In this document: piece after piece, positions 9,944 through 18,680 of the stretch
Numbering within the stretch: position 1 is the first letter of the stretch
How the letters are laid out: each line of letters starts with the position of its first letter
Origin: Chitinophaga pinensis
GTDB lineage: Bacteria > Bacteroidota > Bacteroidia > NS11-12g > UBA955
Reading direction: 5' to 3'
DNA length: 64,000 bases
Assembly: GCA_945860565.1 (NCBI GenBank)
Contig: CAMAQS010000001.1
Span: 427 to 64,426, forward strand
Made by a program: the position numbers and the translations under genes
Notes under the pieces: generated by a model
What the model saw: only the letters and a program-made list of their open reading frames with translations
Told to the model about the DNA's origin: nothing
Databases searched by the model: none

Positions 9944-12754
9944 GTGAGTTATAAAAAAGGAAGCCAAGAAATAATCATAAAAAATGCTTCTCAACACAAT
10001 CTAAAGGATGTTACAGTTACTATACCGCACAATTCTTTTACCGTAGTTACCGGAGTTTCTGGAAGTGGAAAGTCTAGTTTAATTTTTGATACTTTATTTG
10101 CTGAAGGTCAGCGTCGTTATGTAGAAAGTCTTTCTTCCTATGCACGACAATTTATGGGTAGAATGAAAAAACCCAAAGTTGAATCTATATCCGGTTTGTG
10201 TCCAGCAATTGCCATAGAGCAAAAAGTGAATACAAGCAATCCCAGAAGCACGATTGCTACATCCACTGAAATTTATGATTATTTAAAGTTGTTGTTTTCG
10301 AAAATTGGCAAAACAATTTCTCCTATATCCAAACAAATTGTTAAAAGAGATAATGTAGAAGATGTCTTTAATGCAGTTCTTAAGAAATTAAAAGATGATC
10401 AAATTATGCTTTATGTCTTAGCAGAATTTAAAGGAAATAAAGAGGGTATAAATTGGTTAGAAGAGCTATCAAAAAAAGGATTCACACGAATTTTAGATAA
10501 TTATGAAGTTTATAAAATTGAAGATGCTATTTCAAAAGCAATTCAATTTTCAAATAAAACCTATGTTGTAATAGATAGGCTCACAATTTCTCTGGGTGAT
10601 GAAGACAATCATTCTAGATTTTTTGATGCCATTGAAATTGCATTCTGGGAAGGAGAAGGAGACTGTTCAATTTATTTCCCTGATGATCAATCCATGGATC
10701 TATTTAACAACCGTTTTGAGCTTGATGGAATGGCTTTCGAAATTCCAACCAGAGAGTTTCTGAGTTTTAATAATCCACATGGCGCTTGTAGAACATGTGA
10801 AGGTTTTGGTTCGGTTTTAGGTATAGACACCGATTTGGTTATTCCCAATAAACAATTGAGTGTTTATGAGGGTTGTGTTGCTCCTTGGAAAGGAGATGTT
10901 ATGAGCGAATGGAAGGAGCATTTTATTTCTAATGTTACTAAAATTAATTTCCCAATTCACCGTTCATATTCTGAATTAAATGAAAAAGAATTAAATGTAT
11001 TATGGAATGGGGATGCCAATATTCTTGGAATTCATGACTTTTTCAAACACCTTGAAGAAAATATTTATAAAATTCAATATCGGGTCCTAGCCGCTAGATA
11101 TCGTGGCAAAACTGTTTGTCCCGATTGCAAAGGTACAAGGCTTAGAAAAGAAGCATCCTATGTCTGTTTGGCAAATATTAAAGACAATGAAACAGAGTAT
11201 TTAAATCTGCAGAATATCCTATTAATGACCATCGAAACCGCACATGATGTTTTTACAAATTTGGAATTATCCCCTAATGATTTAAAAATAGGAGAAAGGA
11301 TTTTAAATGAAATAAAAATTAGATTGGGCTACTTAAAGAATGTTGGATTGGGATATTTAACTTTAGATAGATTAAGCAATACCCTAAGTGGTGGAGAAAG
11401 CCAAAGAATTAACTTGGCAACCAATTTAGGATCCAATCTTACAGGTTCACTTTATATACTAGATGAACCTAGCATAGGATTGCATAGTCGCGATACCGAC
11501 AGATTGATTCAAGTTTTAAAGAATCTCCAACAAGAAGGCAATACTGTCATTGTGGTTGAACACGATGAAGAAGTAATGCGAAATGCAGAATATATTATCG
11601 ATATTGGTCGATATGCTGGCAGTTTAGGTGGCGATTTAATCTATTCCGGAAATTTTGAGGGATTATTAAATGCTCCTAATAGTTTAACAGCTGAATACCT
11701 TACAAAAAAAACATCGGTTTCTTTACCAGTAAACTTTAGAGTACCCACTCATTTTATTGAATTATTTGGAGTAACCGCAAATAATTTAAAAAATATTGAT
11801 GTAAAAATCCCATTACAAACATTTACTGTTGTTACTGGTGTTTCTGGATCAGGTAAAACAACCTTGATTAAAAATGTACTTTATCCAGCCTTGGCCAGAG
11901 AATTAAAACAATTCACAACCGTTAAACCTGGTGCCTATAACAAACTTGAATGCCCTAGCCACTTATTAAAAGCAGTGGAATTTGTTGATCAAAATCCAAT
12001 TGGAAAAAGTTCAAGAAGCAATCCTGTTACTTATGTAAAAGCATACGACGATATTAGAGAATTGTATTCAAATGTTTCAAATTCTAAAAAAAATGGCTTT
12101 AAACCTTCTCATTTTTCTTTTAATGTAGATGGTGGAAGATGTGATAATTGCCAAGGCGAAGGGGAGACAATTATTGAAATGCAATTCATGGCTGATATTA
12201 AACTGCCTTGCGAAGTTTGTAATGGAAAAAGATTTAAAAAAGAAGTATTAGAATCTGAATATAATTCCAAAAATATTTTTGATGTTTTGGAATTAACGGT
12301 TGATGATGCCATTGAATTCTTTGCAGCCGAGAAAAATATAGTTGAAAAATTAAAACCACTACAGAAAGTAGGCTTGGGTTACATTAAATTAGGTCAAGGC
12401 AGCAACTCTTTGAGCGGGGGGGAAGCCCAACGTGTTAAACTAGCTTACTATTTAAGTAAAGCAAGTCCAATAAAAGATGGTGGTGGAGTATTTATTTTTG
12501 ATGAACCCACTACTGGTTTGCATTTTTATGATATCCAAAAATTGCTAATTTCTCTCAATGCACTTGTTGAAAAAGGAAACACCGTTATTTGTATTGAACA
12601 CAACTTGGATATAATTAAATGTGCTGATTGGATCATAGATTTAGGTCCAGAAGCAGGTAAAAATGGTGGGGGCCTCGTTTATCAAGGCCCCACCAAGGAA
12701 ATTACTAAAATCGATTTAAGTCTTACCGGACGTTATCTAAGAGATAAGGTTTAA
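9944..12754 (+). CDS. uvrA: Excinuclease ABC subunit A (UvrA family), GTG start
   Basis: Two ABC modules are present, with Walker A GVSGSGKSSL and GVSGSGKTTL and signatures LSGGESQR and LSGGEAQR. Two zinc modules are present: CRTC…CPDC and CDNC…CEVC. The Zn-module-1 cysteines are absent (see findings). Confidence 0.9.
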   Translation: MSYKKGSQEIIIKNASQHNLKDVTVTIPHNSFTVVTGVSGSGKSSLIFDTLFAEGQRRYVESLSSYARQFMGRMKKPKVESISGLCPAIAIEQKVNTSNPRSTIATSTEIYDYLKLLFSKIGKTISPISKQIVKRDNVEDVFNAVLKKLKDDQIMLYVLAEFKGNKEGINWLEELSKKGFTRILDNYEVYKIEDAISKAIQFSNKTYVVIDRLTISLGDEDNHSRFFDAIEIAFWEGEGDCSIYFPDDQSMDLFNNRFELDGMAFEIPTREFLSFNNPHGACRTCEGFGSVLGIDTDLVIPNKQLSVYEGCVAPWKGDVMSEWKEHFISNVTKINFPIHRSYSELNEKELNVLWNGDANILGIHDFFKHLEENIYKIQYRVLAARYRGKTVCPDCKGTRLRKEASYVCLANIKDNETEYLNLQNILLMTIETAHDVFTNLELSPNDLKIGERILNEIKIRLGYLKNVGLGYLTLDRLSNTLSGGESQRINLATNLGSNLTGSLYILDEPSIGLHSRDTDRLIQVLKNLQQEGNTVIVVEHDEEVMRNAEYIIDIGRYAGSLGGDLIYSGNFEGLLNAPNSLTAEYLTKKTSVSLPVNFRVPTHFIELFGVTANNLKNIDVKIPLQTFTVVTGVSGSGKTTLIKNVLYPALARELKQFTTVKPGAYNKLECPSHLLKAVEFVDQNPIGKSSRSNPVTYVKAYDDIRELYSNVSNSKKNGFKPSHFSFNVDGGRCDNCQGEGETIIEMQFMADIKLPCEVCNGKRFKKEVLESEYNSKNIFDVLELTVDDAIEFFAAEKNIVEKLKPLQKVGLGYIKLGQGSNSLSGGEAQRVKLAYYLSKASPIKDGGGVFIFDEPTTGLHFYDIQKLLISLNALVEKGNTVICIEHNLDIIKCADWIIDLGPEAGKNGGGLVYQGPTKEITKIDLSLTGRYLRDKV

Positions 12755-15387
12755 TTATTTGTATAAATTAACTTTCCTCTGTTGATTTGATTTTTGCCTA
12801 TAATCTGGAATAAATATTGTCCATTTGATAGTCCTTCAGGTAGTTTAACTTTTAAATCGTCGGTTACAAAGGTTTCGAAAATAGTTTTTCCATCTAAACC
12901 ATACAATATAAAACTATTTCCAGGACTACATTCTTTGCAATGAAGTTCAGAATTGTTATTGGTGGGATTTGGAAATATTCCAATAAGAGATTTTTTGACA
13001 ATGATGGTTGAAGTGAAGTCTAAAATATCTATTTGTTGAATTTCAGAATATTTGCAAATTTTGTCATTCAAAGTATTCAATGTTTTAGAATCTGTTACTT
13101 CAAGTTTTATCGGAATGTTTTGTTCCTTATAATCTACAAAATCAAATTGAAAAGAGGGCGAATTTGCCAATACCTTGAACGTATCTTGGTTTACAGTCCA
13201 CTTATGTAAGTTGCTTGGTGTTTGATCATTTGAAGTAAAGAGATATTGATAACCTGACACCCATTCCTTGTTAAATCTAGTATTTATTGGATGACTGAAA
13301 AATGAATTGAAATAGCTTGATTGTAAAGTACATCCATTTTTAGAAGTGCGCGTAACATAAAATGAGTCATTCGGATAAAGCGTAATGATGTTATTGGAAG
13401 TGTTTCGAACTAATTCTCTATCTGAAAACTTAAAAGTATAGCTATCATCTATTTTAGAATTGGAAATATTGAATTGGATTTGTGTTGAATCATTAAAACC
13501 GCAAGAAGTGAAAATTTGATTTTCCTTAAAATTTCCTTTTACTTGCTGTAATGAGTCAGATATAATGAATATGCTTTTTTCAGTATATCCACAAGAAAGT
13601 AATGCAGAATCAATGATTCTTATTTTGTGAGATTGATTTTTAATTACGGTGTAGTTAAAGATTGTATCCGTCAATTTAACATTGTCAAAAAAGATACCAT
13701 AATTCTTAGATTTTTCAAGACCATTAATTTCAATTTTACCCAACGAATCAGTACAAAATTTTAACCCTTTGGTATTAACGGTATACGTTATATCACTACA
13801 TCCTATACCCTGACCTGAAAGACTTCCGATTTTTGTTAATCCACAAAACTTATTGGTTCTTGCCTGAATCCAGAAATTAACCCTTTGAGTTGGGGAATTC
13901 AATGTGATTTCTTGCGAATCACTAAGTTTTCCATTACTCGGATAGTTCCAAGATTTTCCGCTGTCTATAGTATATCGATATTCTGTGGCTGAGTTTAATG
14001 GAACCCATCCAAATATGACTTTATCTACAAATTTTTGTTTTACAAACAACAAAGGTGCCTCTTGTGTATCAACACCAGTAAATTCTTTTTTAAATGGTTT
14101 AGAAACACATCCATTTTTACTTTTACTCCATACGTTAGTAGCATTAAATCCTTGTTTAATTGATACTTTTAAAAATGAATCTCTTGAATAAGGACCTGTC
14201 TCAGATGTTAAAGAGTATGAATCGCTAAACCCATTTAAATTTTTCGTAAAAATCAAAAGAGGTTCGCTTTTGCAAATAGAGTCGGCTGTTTGTCCATAAG
14301 AAACCCCAAAAACCGGTTTTGGTACAAGTAATACTGAATAGATTTGAGATACCTTTTTACAACCATTACTTCTAAATGCAGTAACGTATACAGCTGAAGT
14401 CGTATCTATTTTTAAATTGGTTTGCGAAGAACCATTATTCCAGGTATATGTATGGTTAGTAACAGTTTGAACATTAAAGTCCAAGGTGTCACCTGCACAC
14501 AAAGGCAAAACCCCATTAGCAGAAGGAGGAGTTACTATAGGCGTTGTCGCGCCAGTAATTACTGTGAATTTTAAGGTATCCGGATTACTGATTCCTTTTG
14601 AGTTAGTAGTAGTTAATATTGCAATTTTCGCACCAGTAGAAGAATAACTTACAGTTGGATTTTGGGCATTTGATGCAGCGGGGGTTCCACCAGGGAATCT
14701 CCATGAATACGCAGTTGCGCTACCAGTAGATATTCCTTTAAAATTTAAAGTTGCATTTGAACAAGCAAAAGTATCGACCAAGTCTGCTGTAGCAATAGGC
14801 AATAGGGTAGACGGCGAAAAGGTAAACGTTTTGTTGTAAATATAGTCGTTTCCGGTTCCTCCATTGCTGTTGGTTACATTCAAAGCCAAATAAAAGTTAA
14901 TATTTCCTACGTTTTTAGATGGTGCTTTCCATTGAAATACCCAAGCAACTGAATCAGTTGAAACGCTTGAACTACCAGTTTTGGTGTGTTCTATATAATT
15001 TCTTGAGGATGCTGAAAATGTTTGAGTTCTATTATTTGTTGACGTAAATGTTCCCGCTGCGGTGTATCCAGAAGCAGCATTTCCAGATAATGAGGTAACT
15101 TGAAAACCAAATACAGATTTTCCAGATTCTCGGTAACTAACCGTAATGGTATATGTCGAATCCGGAATATAACCCGAACCAGTAAAGTTTCCCGCTAGCT
15201 TTATTTTGCCGTGATTCGTACCACTTGTTTGTAAGGAAAACGTGTTATGACATGAATTGCATGAACTTTCGTTTGGAGCCCCTGAATAGGCGCTGCCTGT
15301 GCCACTAGAACTACTTTCAATTCTAAAAATAGATAGGGTAATTATTCCTATAACAAATAGACCCGATTTGATAAATTTCGATTTCAT
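12751..15387 (-). CDS. T9SS-sorted surface or secreted protein: N-terminal CxxCH-containing domain, PKD/Ig-like repeats, C-terminal sorting domain
   Basis: It has a signal peptide, a CNSCH motif at residues 43-47 and a PKD-like segment (YSWRFPGGTPAASNAQNPTVSY). The T9SS CTD reads FPNPTNN…GQYLFQIIGKN…. Function is unknown. Confidence 0.7.
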   Translation of the reverse strand: MKSKFIKSGLFVIGIITLSIFRIESSSSGTGSAYSGAPNESSCNSCHNTFSLQTSGTNHGKIKLAGNFTGSGYIPDSTYTITVSYRESGKSVFGFQVTSLSGNAASGYTAAGTFTSTNNRTQTFSASSRNYIEHTKTGSSSVSTDSVAWVFQWKAPSKNVGNINFYLALNVTNSNGGTGNDYIYNKTFTFSPSTLLPIATADLVDTFACSNATLNFKGISTGSATAYSWRFPGGTPAASNAQNPTVSYSSTGAKIAILTTTNSKGISNPDTLKFTVITGATTPIVTPPSANGVLPLCAGDTLDFNVQTVTNHTYTWNNGSSQTNLKIDTTSAVYVTAFRSNGCKKVSQIYSVLLVPKPVFGVSYGQTADSICKSEPLLIFTKNLNGFSDSYSLTSETGPYSRDSFLKVSIKQGFNATNVWSKSKNGCVSKPFKKEFTGVDTQEAPLLFVKQKFVDKVIFGWVPLNSATEYRYTIDSGKSWNYPSNGKLSDSQEITLNSPTQRVNFWIQARTNKFCGLTKIGSLSGQGIGCSDITYTVNTKGLKFCTDSLGKIEINGLEKSKNYGIFFDNVKLTDTIFNYTVIKNQSHKIRIIDSALLSCGYTEKSIFIISDSLQQVKGNFKENQIFTSCGFNDSTQIQFNISNSKIDDSYTFKFSDRELVRNTSNNIITLYPNDSFYVTRTSKNGCTLQSSYFNSFFSHPINTRFNKEWVSGYQYLFTSNDQTPSNLHKWTVNQDTFKVLANSPSFQFDFVDYKEQNIPIKLEVTDSKTLNTLNDKICKYSEIQQIDILDFTSTIIVKKSLIGIFPNPTNNNSELHCKECSPGNSFILYGLDGKTIFETFVTDDLKVKLPEGLSNGQYLFQIIGKNQINRGKLIYTNN

Positions 15388-15537
15388 TAATGAAATCTAG
15401 ACAATGAAATTATAAAAAACGTTCCCTCAACTAAAAAAATAAATTATTTCATCAAACAATTTTTCTATTTAAACGCCTTTTATCCGTCAAATTTTGAAAA
15501 TAGTCTAAATTATCTTTGAAAGCCAACCCTAAGTCTA

Positions 15538-15545
15538 TAAATTTG
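15538..15545 (+). promoter_or_regulatory. Bacteroidota -7 promoter box (TAAATTTG), 7 nt upstream of the M16 peptidase ATG
   Basis: Perfect TAnnTTTG match. The ATG is at 15553. Confidence 0.45.
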
Positions 15546-15552
15546 ACATTTT

Positions 15553-18468
15553 ATGAAGAAACTTATCTTTTCTGCTGCACTATTGATTTTTACATTAAAT
15601 CATTTGTCAGCGCAGGCAACACTAATTGAAAAGGTTGAATCGGTTCCGGGAAAACTGATTATACCTTATTCTAAGTTTATGCTCCCTAACGGTTTGACTT
15701 TAATTGTCAGTGAAGATCATTCAGATCAAGTGGTGCATTTAAATGTGACTTATCATGTTGGATCAGCACGTGAAACACCAGGAAAATCAGGTTTTGCACA
15801 TTTCTTCGAACACATGTTGTTTCAAGGTTCTAAACATGTTGCAGACGAAGAACATTTTAAAATAATTAAAGAATATGGTGGTGATGTAAATGGAAATACA
15901 ACCAGAGACAGAACGGTTTATATTGAAACATTTCCAAGTAATTTTACAGAAACTGCCCTCTGGATGGAAGCCGATAGAATGGGTTTTTTCCTAGAAGCAT
16001 TTACCAAAAAGAAATTTGAAGTGCAACGCGAAACTGTGAAAAATGAAAAAGCACAAAGATTTGATGCCCCTTACGGTTTTTTACTGGAAGTAAAAGATCA
16101 GGAATTTTATCCATCTGAACATCCATATAGCTGGTCAACAATAGGTTTTGTTGATGATTTAAATAGGGCTGATAGCACTGATTTGAGAAATTTCTTTTTG
16201 AGATGGTATGGTCCTAATAACGCCTGCATTATCGTTTCGGGGGATGTGAATACCACCGAAGTTGTTCAATGGGTTGAAAAGTATTTCGGTTCTATTCCTA
16301 AAGGCAGGGAAGTTAAAAAGAAAAGAGTGAAACCTGTTGTTTTTGAAACCGACAAAATCAAAAGCTATCCAGATCCAAATGCATACGTGCCTTTAATGTA
16401 TATAACTTATCCAGGTGTACCCGTTTATCATGAAGATGAAGCTGCATTAGATTTATTGTCTTACTTAATGGGCAACACAAAAAGCTCTGTCTTATATAAG
16501 AAATTTATTGACAATGAAATGGCTCTTCAAATTGGGGCGTCTAACAATCCTTTAAGTGCAATTAACCACGAACTAGCGGGTGAATTTAGCTTTACTCTAG
16601 CTGGATATCCTTGGTCTGATATGTTCAAATTGAAAGCCCGTTTAATGCAGGTGTTAGATTCTTTCGAATATGTCAATTTTTCGGATGACGATTTGATGCG
16701 TGCAAAATCGAATTTGTTGGCCACTCTTTCTAATGGTTTAGAATCTGCAGACAATAAAGCGAATTACTTGAGTAATTACTGGTACTTAGACCTTAAAAAT
16801 GCACAAGGCAAAACATTTAATTTGGAAGATGAAATTGATAGATTTAAAAATATAACCAAAGAGGATATTATGCGCGTTTATCGTAAATATTTAAAAGGGA
16901 AAAAATCTTCTACTATCGATATCCAACCTTACAAAACGACCGGAGATGAAAAAGCCCCAAAATTTGAAAGTTTTAATCCCAATGTAAACTTTGCAAGTGA
17001 TGCATTAGACATTGAATATAAAAATTTAACTCCACGTTTGGTAGTAGATAATTTCGATAGATCAAAAAAACCTACTCCAAAAACAATTAAACCAGTTTCT
17101 GTGCCTAAAATATATAAAGAAACTTTGGCAAATGAAGCCCAAGTTTTAGGTACTGAATTCAACGAAACTCCAAATGTATTAATTCAAGTTACTTTTAAAG
17201 GGGGTGCATTGTTTGAAGATGGTAAAAACATTCCTGCTGGTACCGCAGATATGATGGCAAATTGTTTAGACCTTGGAACAAAAAACAAAACTCCTGAACA
17301 ACTTGAAAATGCTTTAGAAAAATTAGGTGCTAACATCTCTTTTAGTAGTTCTAAAACACGATTTGTAGCGAGCTTATATTGCCCTAAAGATAAAGTAAAA
17401 GAAGCCACTGCCTTGCTTGAAGAAATCCTAACAGAGCCTCGCTGGGATAACAAAGAATTCGAAAAAACCCAAAAGAGAATCATTGAAAGCACAAAAAGTA
17501 GTCTTTCTAACAGATCTTTAGGTATGATGAATGCTTGGAATCGAATTAATTATGGTGAATCTATTTTGGGTAAGTATACTTCAGCCGAGGATTATGGAAA
17601 AGTAAAATTAACCGATTGTAAAAGATATTACGAACAGTTTATTTCTGCCAACTTGGCTAAAGTTATTGTTGTTGGTCCTTTAACTAAAGAAGAGTCAAAA
17701 AATGCTCTTTCTTTTGTTGCAAAAATACCAAACCGTAATTTAACAGCGCCTCTTCCTTCAACAGCTGCACCTATGCAAACGTCACAATTGTTTGGCGTTC
17801 AGTATGCTGATGCCGATCAAAGTGATATCATGTTAGGCTTTAAAACATTGCCATTCGACTATAACGGAGATTTTTATAAAAGCAGCATCATGAATTTTGC
17901 CCTTGCAGGAAATTTTAACAGTAGATTGAATTTGAAAATTAGAGAAGAAAAAGCATGGACTTACGGTATTCGTGGTAATTTCAATCCTTCTTATGAAAAT
18001 TTACCTGGATTTTATACTGTGTCCGCTGGTATAAAAGCAAATGCGACAGATAGTGCATTAAGTGAAATTATTTGGACCGTTGAAGAATTCAAAGAAAAGG
18101 GTATGACCCAAGAAGAATTCGACTTTACCAAGTCTGCTTTGATTGCTAGTGAAGCACTTGATTACGAAAGTTTAGGTCAAAAAGCCGGATTTATTGGACA
18201 AATGGCAGCCCGCGACTTACCTGAAAATTACACCGAAGAACAATTGAAAATCCTTCAAAGTATTTCTAAAGACGAGTTAAATGCCATTGCTAAAAAGTAT
18301 TTAAATACCGAAGAAATGGTGATTGTAGTAGCTGGAGACATGTTATTACTTAAAGACCGTTTAGAGAAATTGGGAATGGGTAAAGTACAAGTATTAAACA
18401 AAGACGGTTCTGGCAAAATCAAGTACTACAAAGCTGGTTCTTCAAAACATAAGAAAAACTATAAATAA
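15553..18468 (+). CDS. M16 (pitrilysin/insulinase) family zinc peptidase, tandem-unit type
   Basis: It has a signal peptide and the inverted zinc motif HFFEHMLFQGS (HxxEH). At 971 aa it is consistent with two fused M16 units. Confidence 0.85.
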   Translation: MKKLIFSAALLIFTLNHLSAQATLIEKVESVPGKLIIPYSKFMLPNGLTLIVSEDHSDQVVHLNVTYHVGSARETPGKSGFAHFFEHMLFQGSKHVADEEHFKIIKEYGGDVNGNTTRDRTVYIETFPSNFTETALWMEADRMGFFLEAFTKKKFEVQRETVKNEKAQRFDAPYGFLLEVKDQEFYPSEHPYSWSTIGFVDDLNRADSTDLRNFFLRWYGPNNACIIVSGDVNTTEVVQWVEKYFGSIPKGREVKKKRVKPVVFETDKIKSYPDPNAYVPLMYITYPGVPVYHEDEAALDLLSYLMGNTKSSVLYKKFIDNEMALQIGASNNPLSAINHELAGEFSFTLAGYPWSDMFKLKARLMQVLDSFEYVNFSDDDLMRAKSNLLATLSNGLESADNKANYLSNYWYLDLKNAQGKTFNLEDEIDRFKNITKEDIMRVYRKYLKGKKSSTIDIQPYKTTGDEKAPKFESFNPNVNFASDALDIEYKNLTPRLVVDNFDRSKKPTPKTIKPVSVPKIYKETLANEAQVLGTEFNETPNVLIQVTFKGGALFEDGKNIPAGTADMMANCLDLGTKNKTPEQLENALEKLGANISFSSSKTRFVASLYCPKDKVKEATALLEEILTEPRWDNKEFEKTQKRIIESTKSSLSNRSLGMMNAWNRINYGESILGKYTSAEDYGKVKLTDCKRYYEQFISANLAKVIVVGPLTKEESKNALSFVAKIPNRNLTAPLPSTAAPMQTSQLFGVQYADADQSDIMLGFKTLPFDYNGDFYKSSIMNFALAGNFNSRLNLKIREEKAWTYGIRGNFNPSYENLPGFYTVSAGIKANATDSALSEIIWTVEEFKEKGMTQEEFDFTKSALIASEALDYESLGQKAGFIGQMAARDLPENYTEEQLKILQSISKDELNAIAKKYLNTEEMVIVVAGDMLLLKDRLEKLGMGKVQVLNKDGSGKIKYYKAGSSKHKKNYK

Positions 18469-18490
18469 TCTTCATTTAACTTAATTCTGA

Positions 18491-18530
18491 AAAGGCGTTT
18501 GAATAAAATCAGACGCCTTTTTTGTTTTTT
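18491..18530 (+). terminator. Rho-independent terminator after the M16 peptidase gene
   Basis: The stem AAAGGCGT/ACGCCTTT encloses a 14-nt loop and is followed by TTTGTTTTTT. Confidence 0.6.
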
Positions 18531-18680
18531 AAATCATACATTCTATTCATCATTCTTAGATTCTAGTTTTTATACGTTTGATTTTGATTTTTGTCTAAAA
18601 AATGTGGGCAACAATCTAATTCAAAGCCTTGTTCTAACTGCAATTGGACTTAAATTGCACATATTTGAAAAATACACCTA

